NCBI GenBank assembly: GCA_051294905.1
Contig: CM119376.1
Coordinates: 29,016,001-29,080,000 of the forward strand
Source of the DNA: Botryllus schlosseri
Lineage: Eukaryota
Length of the DNA stretch: 64,000 nucleotides
Direction of reading: 5' to 3'
Below the pieces are notes generated by a model, which worked only from the letters and a program-made list of their open reading frames with translations, was not told the DNA's origin and searched no databases. Below, in pieces: positions 46,501 through 58,500 of the stretch (positions are counted from its first letter, which is position 1; every line of letters begins with the position of its first letter). Made by a program: the position numbers and the translations under genes.

Positions 46501-49500
46501 ATTAGTAGAAATATGTGTTGATCTTATTTTCAAGATAGGCTATTGCGTCAGTGTATCCAACTTCAGATGTTATATCCGTAGCTTCCTCGGGAGTAACTGC
46601 AATATCCGGAACTGGCTCATTGGTTTTTGTAGCAAAATTGTGCAAACATATTGTTGCAATGATTGCCAGGATGGTGTTTTCGAATTGCATTTGCATAGGA
46701 TTTAGCAACATCTGGAAACGCTGTTTGATAACGCCAAAGCATTGCTCGATCAGCACGCGTGTCTTTGAATGCATATAGCTGTATTTTTTTCTTCTTGTGC
46801 AGCCTGTGGATTTGTTAATGGAGTCATCAGGTACATTTTTTGAGCATAGAGCCTCTGTCTCCCTGCAAAATCCCATTGTTTTTTTTCTGGCCGAGCTCGT
46901 ATTTTAATGTGGAATTTGAAAATGTTCTTGAGTCATGAGTACTCCCTGGCCATCTCACAACAGCATTAGTCACTACCGGTATTCTCTTGGCATTGCAGTC
47001 CATTTGACAGTTCGAAGAAAAATATCCTTTCCTGCAACGATAAGCTTTTCTGGTACAGAGTCACCCGGGACTTTATTGGGATATGGGTATCATCAATGCA
47101 ACCGATGACATTTGGAACTCCACCTATGTCAAAGAAATCACTCTTTGTTTGTAACAAATCATCCAATAGTGGGATAAATTTTCTCTATTCTCTGATAATG
47201 CCCAATAAATGCAGTGGATGATTCGGCGTGCAGTTGTCCGGCTGCCACCAATCAAGTCAGCATCTGTTTGTTGAAAATGACCGTAGCAAAAAATCGGAGA
47301 GCACAGAGTAATTGCATCATGGGGTGCAAAGCTTGAAGCTTGGCACCGTACATCCAACCATGGGCTGTCTTTAATCATGTCCAATAGAATACCGTAGCTC
47401 CCTTGTAAAATCTGTAGCGGTCAACGAATTCATTTTCTGGGTATTTTACAAATGAGTCCGATATGTTTGCCAAGTAATGCCTGGGCATGACAATTGTATT
47501 CTCGTCGCCCGAACTGCCATCTACGATGTCCAAAATATCCATACTACAGACAGAGACAGTAATAACAGAGTACCAGTTTGCAATGCCGTCTTTAGAACTT
47601 ACAACTGTGAATAAACTACAGAGCAATATGCATTAAAGCTGCAAAGTGGCTTCAAATCAATTTCATAAGTCTACCTAGGAAACGATGGCATTCATAGCAC
47701 ATGACCAAAATCGACGACATTTCCGATCAGCATTGCGAAAGCAATATTTACTACGAAGTCGATGGGTTGACATGGCAACCTTCCACGGATCACTACATTT
47801 TGCGTCATTTTGACGCAATAGCGTCCTACATCCTGGATTTGTAGATCTACTAACTTCGCACGAACATCCAATGTTTTGGCGTGCGGATCATCTACTTCTA
47901 AATCGGGAGATCTTGGAACTCGCAGATTAAGCGAAAATCCAGGATGTTTTTACTCAGCTTTTTGGCCTCCACCCTAGGAGGCCTTGGACTCGACCCTTCG
48001 CACTTTGACTGGGTGGTGAATCAAAAATGATTCGACTTGACTTGAATCAAAACTTTAAAAGTATGACAGACTCGTGACTCGGAGTCTTGCGACTTGGTTA
48101 CAATTACAACCATGTAAGGCTCGGCAAGATGAAGTTTCTTCATAGTTTTGAAAAAAAAATGATGAAACTTACGATCCGAGAAGCCTGCAAAGACATGGCT
48201 GTTTTTTTCGTCCATACACTCCAATATTGTTTGGACAAATTTCTTTTCAAGACGCGCTGTTGCATTTTGACCTGGAATGATTTCAAAATGCTCTTTTAGA
48301 GTTGAAGCCAATGATTGGACCCCATTGAGATCAATCCAATCATTTGAAGACACTCTTGTAGGTACAAAACTTCAATACACAATTGAACAATACATTCATT
48401 TTGAAATAAACACGAATATTATTAGCGACACTTGTTAAGGTTAATCGTCAGCGACCAGTAGAGCATTCAAAAGAACATTGTATATCAACAATCGTATCAC
48501 CGAATATCATTGTCACCTTGTACTGTAGTTTCCAGCGGGAAAAGTGTTTTTTACATAAACTTCTTCGTCTCGTCTCTTTTGCAATCAGTAATCTGTCCTC
48601 CTTTGCCTGACGATCCTGGACACGTTTTTTGGTGAACGTTTTCCATTTTGTTATCGCTTCCGCCGTTAGATTGTCGAGACGCAGAGCCCGGATGTCTTTC
48701 TAAAAGTAGAAGATATGTAATAAGAAATCAAAAATGCCCTCCATATTGGCAATTCGCCCTTCATTATAGCTTTGACAGCCAGGAGATTGTACAGGCAGAA
48801 CTGAAATATGCCATAAATGACACAAAATCTGGATTTCGACGTCAGTTACGGCAAGGATGACTTGAAAATAACCTTAGAGCAGGTCTTCCGGGCATCGATT
48901 TGGAAAATGACCTTTCATTTTGGTCAAAATTTTCAAATTACATATTTTCTTGTCCGATTTTATAAGTTTCCCGATCTCAAAATATGGTAACCCGATGTAA
49001 GACAAGACTTGAAAACGGAACGGCGAAAATGCAAAAACCTACTCTCTCTTTCCTCGTCGACCAAATCTTCCAGCGTTCTCTCAATTGGCTGCTCTCTTTC
49101 ATTCTCACAATTTCATCGCAACTGATCTTCAGCATCCGAGATATCCGGTAAACGCCCTTCCACTTCAAGACGCAGCTGCGAAGCGTTGCGATCTCGACGA
49201 CGGCGACAGTTTGAGCTGCGCAAATTCGCAAGCTCATTTTCGTCCGTCTCCGCAGAACGAGGCTGAAAAGGAAACAACCCAAATTCAGAGGCGGTTAGTA
49301 GTTAGTGCAGACTTGGACAACTAGATAGTTCCAGTTTTTCCAATCGGAATAAAACGAAATGCCAGTAGTCAGGGTTGTAACCAAGTCACAAAGCTCCGAG
49401 TCACAAGGCAATCTCACTTTTTTAGTTTTGACTCGAGTCAAGTCGAGTCATTTTCAATTCACCACCGAGTCAAGTCCGAGTCCAAGTCATCGATCAGAGG

Positions 49501-52500
49501 TTCGAGTCCGAGTCATGGTATTATGACTCGAGTCCGAGTCCAAGTCATTGTATTGACTGCTCAGTTTCCAGTTAAAGTCTTGTTGAACCCACTTTTTATA
49601 ACTCTGTTTGGTGACATCGAATGGTTCGCGTTTATCATATACTCATTTTCTTCACTTTTAACAGTTTCTGGTCGCATTTTCAAGTACCAGTACCAATAGA
49701 TGAAATCCCAATAGTGTGATTACTTTACTATTTCTCAAAATTACAATGAAATGTTGGTCTTGGCCGTCTGATTCTCGAGTCATGCGCAATGACTCGAGTG
49801 CAAGTCGAGTCAATACACAGATTGACTCGAGTAGAGTCATTTCTGTATTTTGAGAAAATGACTCGAGTCAAGTCGAGTCATCAGAAAATCGTGACTCGAG
49901 TCGAGTCGTGACTCGAGTCATTACAACCCTGCCAGTAATCCAATTCTAATCTAATTTGTCAAATGTTTCTTTGCTTTCATTTTAATTCTAATTCTGGTTT
50001 TCGAATATAATTCAGTTTCCAAGTTTTTGCGAATTCTGTAATTTTGAATATAATCTAATTTGAAAAATCTAAAACAAATACTGAGCGCCTCTCGTCAAAT
50101 CCCAACCGACAGTTGAAAGCAGGCGAATGAAAAATTATATTCATTGCTCACCCCATTAACGATTTCTGCGTAAGGGATTTTTGCCGAAAAGCACGGGCAA
50201 CCGTCTCATTTCTGTACGATTTCAGCCAAGTCCGCCACGCTTTCGCCTTTGTAATCTCAGATTTCGATTGATTCGAGCCTTGTAACGTGCTTCTTGTGGC
50301 TCTGATTCTTGTAGCGTACAAATGCCAGCGTGATAACACCTGTGGAAATGTCAAGCTTTACATCAGCTTTAAAAGGATGCTGTCATAATTTGTTTCATAT
50401 GTTCAACCAGGGTTGTAATGACTCGAGTCATGACTCGACTCGAGCCAGACTCGAGTCACGATTTTCGGATGACTCGACTTGACTCGAGTCATTTTCTCAA
50501 AATACGGAAATGACTCGACTCGAGTCAATCTGTGTATTGACTCGACTTGGACTCGAGTCATTGCGCATGACTCGAAGCAAGTCATTGACTCGAGATTCAG
50601 ACGGCCAAGACCGACATTTCATTGCAATTTCGAAGCCAACCCACTATTGGGATTTCGTTTGTTGGTTCTGGTGCTTGAAAATGGGACCAGAAACTGCTAA
50701 AAGTGAGGAAAATTGATATATCATAAATGCGAACCATTCAATATCACCAAACATAGTTAAAAAAGTGGGTTTAGGAAGACTTTAACTGGAAACTGAGCAG
50801 TCAACACAATGACTTGGACTCGAGTCATAATACCATGACTCGGACTCGATCCTCTGTTCGCTGACTTGGACTCGGAATTGACTCGGTGGGAATTGAAAAT
50901 GACTCGACTTGACTCGAGTCAAAAATATAAAAGTGAGATTGACTTGTGACTCGGAGACTTGTGACTTGGTTACAACCCTGTGTTCAACTTTAATTTGACA
51001 CGTCATATTTATACCACAGGTGCCTTTACCGATTACAACTCCACACATGAACAGATGTACCCTATTCAGATTTGAACATTGCCAACAAGTTTTCCAGATA
51101 GACAAATTTCAAACATATGATTGATTCAATTCAGTTATCAATGACAACATTACAAAGTAGAAAACTGATTTGGTTATGTTGATCAGATTTGCTGGAACTT
51201 ACAAACCTCACAAACCAGACTCGCCAGATTTATACAAACTACAAATCTAAGTAGTTGATGGTCAACAACTAATGTTTTTGAGTAGCTCTAGTTCTAGTTC
51301 TAGTTGCAGATTTTGAAAATGCCGGAGTCTGAGACTTACGTCACGACTAAAAGATTACAGCAAATACCCGAGTCATTGTCTTCCGTTTGTGTAATTTAGC
51401 AGAGTCCTTCTCAACTTTTTGCTGCCGCCACAGAGACCAGTGATATCTCAAGCTACGAAAGTCAGTTGCTTGATTCAGCATGGCAATGCCGTCGTTGTCA
51501 AGTAAACGAACACGGCACCGGTGCTGCCAGCTGGAATAGAAACAGATTTACATTTCTAGAAACTTGGACGACATACTCGGGTGATTGTGTTGCTAAACTA
51601 GTTCCCTCTGGGCCCTTTCACTTAACAGACCGCATACTTTGAATTTATACAATTAAATAGTATGCTCATACGTCAAACCGAACCCGAATATCTGGAGGTA
51701 CAGAGCTTCAATATACAAGTGTATAATACTGTATATTGAAATAAAAGCTTAAGCGCTCTCTTCGCACACATTATTCGAAATTTCATGCAGGTGACGTGAC
51801 ATTTTGTGACAAGATCGTTGATATGTGCTATAATTTACAAAGCAGCCATTCTAGCTTGACTACTAAAAGTCTTGGAGATACATAACTTTGGAATGCAATT
51901 GAGTATTATATTCATATTGAAATAACAAATGTTTTCAGCTGACGCTCGTGGTGATACAATTGTTGATATACAATGCTGTTTCCAATTCTCTACTAGTTGC
52001 TGACAATTACCCTGATGTTTGTCAGCAGAAAATATTCAGGTTTATTTCAACAAAGATATTATTCAATTGAATACCAAGGTATGTGATGTCTCGACAAAAT
52101 CTACTCTTCAAAACTTCCCGGATACTTATCATCTCTTCGTTCTCCATTTCTATCCAGAGTAGTTACACATGTCTTAGAAACCACTACTATTACTCGTAGC
52201 TGCGTAGATATTTACAGCGTTACTATCGACAATAACTTTGACCACCCCTTTAAACTGAGTAGTTCAGAGAAAATATCCCATACATTTTCCAGCACAGAGC
52301 TTGAAACTCTTTTGATCTGCGACGCAAATGGCCTTCCGTTATTCCACGTAAAGTCTTCTTACGCCGCACGTTTGCCTTCCAAGTTTTAAAGTGTCTGCGA
52401 TCAAGAGTTGCAAGAATAGAATATTGTTAACTTTTCTAAAATGGGTATAAATTAGAATTATAGCTACAGTTTCTACAAATTAGAAAGAAGTGCGATAATA

Positions 52501-55500
52501 TGCAAGTTCAGTTAATATTAAATAATAGCTTATTCTGATAATAGCAAATGTCTGTACAGCAAGCTGGGCTCTTTTCGCACTATGCAGTTCTCTCGTAGGA
52601 TTTCCAGGAAAACCAGAGATTAGATTAGAATTAAAACTAGAGCATAGAAACATTTCACAAATTAGATTAGACCTATATTACCAGCATTTCGCTCTAATTA
52701 GATAACTAGAACTATCTAATTGTCCGATTATGATTCGTACCTCGACACAAGTTCGTTCTTATGATGTTTCATCGACGCGCGGGATTGCTTGAACGCGATG
52801 AACCATATATTGAACGAAAAATCCATCGTCAGAATGCTCGATTTTTGCCGAAAACCATTGGCAAGTTTCTGGAGAAGTTTGCCCCGTTTCGTTATTTCGT
52901 GCCTGGAGAAAGAAATGAAAAGGAATTTGATTTCAGTCACGAGAACGCCAAGCTTCAACAGTGGTGCACACTCAAGCTGATGGGAGAAGGGCATGGTTGT
53001 AATCAAGTCCCAAATCAATCTGACTTTTATAGTTTTGACTCGAGTCAAGTCAGCGAGCGGAGGGTCGAGTCCGAGCCCAAGTCATTGTGTTTACTGTCCA
53101 GTCTTATTAAACCCTCTTTTTACAACTCGGCTCGATGTTTTATGAATTCTTCGCAGCCGTCTGAGTCTCGAGCCATATAACGTGGTTTGAGTCATGCGCA
53201 ATGACTCGAGTTCAATTCGAGTCAATACACAGATTGAAGCAAGTCAAGTCGAGTCATTTTCGGTATTTTGAGAAAATGACTCGAGTCAAGTCGAGTCACC
53301 AAAAAACTATAATCCTCGAAATCAACTCTTAGCAGCAAGCAGCATATATTTTCAGTACTCGGAACACAGTGCGTAGCCCTAGTCCTGATACGGCAGTAAC
53401 GCGAATCAGGTCAGAGCGGAATAGACGTACCAATGAAGGAAGATTTTTCGAGCATTTTCATTCATTTCCTTGATTCTCTGCAATGCCATTTTCCACTTCA
53501 AGAAATATCTCCTTTGCAGTGATACTTTGTTCGAATTTATACACCTATAAAACACCGATGTAGGATAAGACTTGGAGAAAGAAAGAGTAAAGATGAAAGT
53601 GGTATGGAACTTAGAGGATCAGAGCTCCAATAAATATCCGAACTGTATTCATATCGCAATATTTAAGGCCGACACTCGACAGGGGTAATCGTCAGCAACT
53701 AATAAAGAATTGGAATATGAGAACAATATTTTCCTTCCAATTCTTTACTAGTAGCTGATGATTACCCTTGATGAGTGTCAGCCGAAAATATTCGGGTTAT
53801 ATTAATATCTCCATGTACATACAGTACATGCTATTCAATTCATATTCACCTCCTGTAAGAAACTTTCGCTTTCCAATGCGTCCAACATCGCATAACCAGC
53901 GCGCAAAGGCGTTTTTGCATCATCGAGTTCAACTTTGACCTCAGCAATGTTTCATCAAACCACCTCGCAAGAACAGACTCCCTCTGTAAAAAATGAATGC
54001 CGATCAAGCTCAGATCAAAGGAGAATTTCACCAAGATTTGCATGCTTTTAAGCAAATTTCGTTAAATTCCAGCAGTGCAAATAATAGCAACTTGTCATCA
54101 TCCTGGAGGCTATAGCAGACAGCAAAGTTGCATTTCATTCAAGCGATACCGAACATTCTCAGTTATCGGTATTTTAATCGGACATTGCGCATTTCACCTC
54201 ACAGAAATTTCAATTGAACGACGCACGAGGCAGGATTATATGAAGTTTACAATATTACATCTGAACTGCGTACCATTTTCGTAATTAAATGTCGGGTTAA
54301 ATTGGATTTTTTAAGCATCATTGGTCCGCGACATGGTTGAGAACCATTGATCTAGGTTAAGGCAAATTTCCAAAACTTACAAGGTGCCCTGGTACTGCAG
54401 TGCACAATGAAATATCCAATACCAAAAAGTAAATTCAATACCGAATTTTGCTCGATCAGCCGGCGAATTTCCATCTCACAATTTTTCTCGTGCAAACGAC
54501 ATTCAGTCCATTTCCTCCACGAGTTCAGAACACGACTGGACATTTGTTTCTCAAACAACTTGCTGGCGACATCGATTTTTAACTTTTCGGTTTTCCAGTG
54601 ATTGAAGCAAAACGCGGCGATGTGAAAACGGTTTTGAGCTAAAATCTCTTCCAGCTTTGAACGGTGAAAGGCCTTTTCTGAAAATCAATCGATTTTATTA
54701 ATAAATAATACTATAACCATGACGGAAAATCATAGTAAGTAGTGAATTAGGCTGAGCAAAATTTGAGAGCCAGAGTGATTCAATACTGATTCCAGTATTA
54801 GGATTCGAGTTGAGTATTCCCGTATCATTCATTACGACATCACAACAGTATGAAAGAAGTAGAAACTCAAACATGTACCTTTTTATGTAAATAGTTCTAC
54901 ATCACGTTAAAGACAGTATGCTATTTTTTCGATCCGTAATTTTACTACCAACCCCATGAAACTGTTGAGTTGTGCGCAAAAACGATATAAAAACAGATTT
55001 GACGCAAATCTGCTCCGTAGAAGCAAAGTTCTTGGAGATTTTCATTCCTAATACTGAAATTGCGAATCCCAAATTTTCTACCGCAATAACCTCGCTGTTA
55101 CCAGTCGGAAGTGTGCAAAAATGGTTCTTTTAAACAAAAAATCATTAGAATTGATACTCGATAAAAATTAGAGTACTTGAATCTTTGTGCTCAGCCCCAG
55201 ATATCAGCTATCCAGAATCTCACATCCAAGTCAACCTTACTTTGTGTGTACGTCTTCCATCGGTGCAATAGACCCGAGGCAATTTTACTTCTGGAGCGTT
55301 TCCTGGCGGTCTCGACAGCTTTGCTCAACACAGCACGCCTGCAACAGCGCAACATGCCATATATATGTCACCCGTATAATATATCCAGCATTTTTAAACA
55401 AACACACAAAATTGCGTGTGAATCCTGACCTTCGCATGGCTGAAAATACTCTCACTTTCAATTTCTTGTCGCAATCATCTGCAATTTTCTTGTATTGACG

Positions 55501-58500
55501 TTTTTTGCGACAAGACCATGAAAACCAGGCACGGAAATATCTGAATGGCAAGCAAAAGAGAATATAATGATTTCAAGAGATTATGACAAGTACAGAACTT
55601 CAATACACAGTTGCATAATATATTCATATTGAGATATACCCGAATATTTTCGGCTGACACTCGTCAGGGGTAATTGTCAGCAACAAGTAGAGAATTAGAC
55701 AGAACATTGCATATCAACAATCGCGTGATTTCACCGAGGAAAAGCTTTGAGCTCACCGAGAAATCAAATATTTTCGGGAATATTTTCGCGCCATTCGCAT
55801 TTTCTCCGTTTCCATTTTCCAATGATAAAAGCACTCGAAAACACGCTGAAATCGTTTTCCAGATTTTCGGTTGCTCGACGCTTCAGCTTTACCTTGCCAA
55901 TATTTCACTATTTCTAAAAGTAACAATTACATTTGCTGGTAAAAAGAATATCTCAATAGCAGTGTTCGGGAATTTGATACCTGAGACAATCAGTCTGTCT
56001 TGAAATCTCTTTTTCCAGCAGCGGAATAAAGGTGCTGCAAGCTTTCGACGGTAATATAACAGCGCAAGACTTTGTTTTCTAAAGATAACAAAGCATTATA
56101 ACAATAGTTCTTAACCGTTACAAACCTGACGAACCATTATGTTAATCTACAACCCCAAACGTTCGCCTAGTCCAGTCAGAAAAACAAATTCCTACAACCA
56201 TGTAATACATCACTACAGTGGCCTAATAATCAGTCGTTCAACCAGCGAGCCCCTGGGGTTTCCTGCTATCCCAGGTTAAATCACTGCATTAGAATAAGTA
56301 ACAGTCCCCATATCTATGACAAATTACAAAAATACAGCACATTAACCAAAAGTCGAATTACCTCTCTCGAATACGTTGCCCTCGTGCGTTATCCCGCAGC
56401 GCAGACATACACCGCTTCATGGTAACTTTGCTGCAATGATCCTTACCAATCGCAAGTTTCAGCGCGTTATTTTTCCACGTACTAAAATAGATTAGATTTT
56501 CCAAATATATATAATCGCAAAAAGAATTCCAAGAAACCCATGGAGGTATATGATTTCGATATACAATTGAATAAATATACTCATATTGAAATAAACCCGA
56601 TTATTTTCAGATGACACTCGTCACAGGGTAATAGTCAGTAAATAGTAGAGAATCGGAAAAATTGATTGTTGATATACACATCGATATACAATATGAATAT
56701 AATACGCCGTTGAAGGAATTCAGTTTCAAGATTGTCATACCTGAAGTACGGTCGAAGTGAACTTCTTTTGTATTTCGTACAAATTGCTTCCTCTGGCTCA
56801 TAGCCAGCAGAAGTCGTGAAAAATAGCTCATCCTTGAGATTTACAGAGGCAGATCCAAGCGATACAGGTGAAACGGGTAGGTTAACAACACAACTTTGAA
56901 ACAATGAAGATTGTAAGTTGCTTTGTTGAACCATTTGATCCTGTGCCCAAAGACATGAATCAGTTCTATCGTCAATCAAGTTAGCATCAATGGTTTGCTG
57001 CACATCTGAGCTGGGACTGAGAGATAAATCTCCAGCACTCATACGTCTGTCCGAGCAAATTTGAGATGTTTTTGAGTTATCGCTTTTGGAAGCAATCGAC
57101 GATGACTCGTCACTTTCTGACGCTGTGAGATCTTTCGATAAAATACCCGAGTCGCCACAGTTTGTAATATTATTCGCTCCGTAAATGATACTAGCACACT
57201 GAAGACTTGCGGGTATGAGACTTGTAATGTCTCTCATTTTGTCATCAATAGATTTCCGTGGAAGTCTCCTTTCAGAGCGGTCTTCATCTGTTGTGTCCAA
57301 GGACTTTGACAATTCATGGCTCGAGTTTGCGTATCGTTTCATTGTGATATCACTGCAAGTGATTTCAAAACCGTTTTCCAATTGCGTTTTAATTCGGAAA
57401 GAGTCACCGGCAATGAAACGCCAGTCTTGGATGACACCCTGAAAACAGAATAGTGAATTAGACACGGAAGTCCAAGTCTAAGAGAAAATATTATCAGACG
57501 TCTTTATTTTGTGCAAGGAGCATAAAAATTATTAATATTCAAAATATATGGCATCTAGCTATAGATGAAAAATGTGGAAAACTAGTGAAAATTTCAGCTG
57601 CTAATGAACATGTAGCAATGAGAATAACAAAACTAACATAATATTTGCACTTGACGCATTGACAAAACATACTTTCAGCCTTTTCCTCGTATTTTTAAAC
57701 GCAAAATTGTCTGCCGTCTCCAATTTCCTGAAAGCATTTCTCCAATTCTCAAACTCTCTTCGTTTTGTCGACCATTTTCGTCTTTGCAAATGCTTCATCA
57801 AAATGTCGTTCTCCGTTTTTCTTCGCTCTGACGCCTCCTTCCTCCAACTGCGACACAACAATGGCAGAGTCAGACATCTCGGAAATTTTCAGCTTTTCCA
57901 AATTTGATTAGGATTGGAATAATGGGTACACAGATTCTGTCCAAATTAGTTTACAATTAGAATTACTACAATTGCAAAAAACTAGGAAAGTAAAGAACAT
58001 AGCTTATTTCTGTCCATGATGTTTTTTGCGGCATATACACCGACTCATGATACACATACCCACGATCTGCGCATATGCATACCATGAGTGCATGATGTGC
58101 ATATGCCGCTGGACAAGGAAGTGCAGATATAGCCTTTACGGCTTTTCAAGTCATGCACCACCCCTACATGCCATCCCAGTAATGCATGACCGCCAAGCAG
58201 GGAAGTCATGGATACCAGTGTTACTAATCAGGTCTTTGGTCTGACCCGGCCAGGGATCGAAACCACGACCTACCGATCAAGAAGCCGGACGCTTCACCAT
58301 TACACTATCTTGTCGGCAAAGAAAATGAATTGAATCCCGAAATTCGGTTCATATCAAATCATAATTGATCCTCCATGCCCATTCAACTTTCTGTACACCA
58401 AGCTTGGCTAATGGCTAATTTCGCACTATACAGTTATCCTGTAGTGTTTACAGAAATACAAAAAATGTGGCTACAGAAACATCTCACAAGTTACGACAGA

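Larger units (their letters stand above)
35923..47974 (-). mobile_element. PIF/Harbinger DNA transposon (decayed, expanded to 12 kb by nested insertions) in SFI1 intron
   Basis: 16-bp TIRs GGGTGGAGGCCAAAAA (35923-35938) and TTTTTGGCCTCCACCC (47959-47974), both flanked by TAG (3-bp TSD). Encloses a HARBI1-like transposase pseudogene. Confidence 0.85.

Noticed and set aside
48021-48353. 110-aa ORF as the SFI1 exon frame
   Set aside because: Splice phase and the Trp repeat pattern support another frame (SILKSFQVKMQQRVLKRNLSKQYWSVW, 48173-48292).
49370-49931. CRISPR-like array
   Set aside because: Short palindromic subterminal motifs with irregular spacing inside a TIR/TSD-bounded eukaryotic MITE; no spacers and no cas genes.
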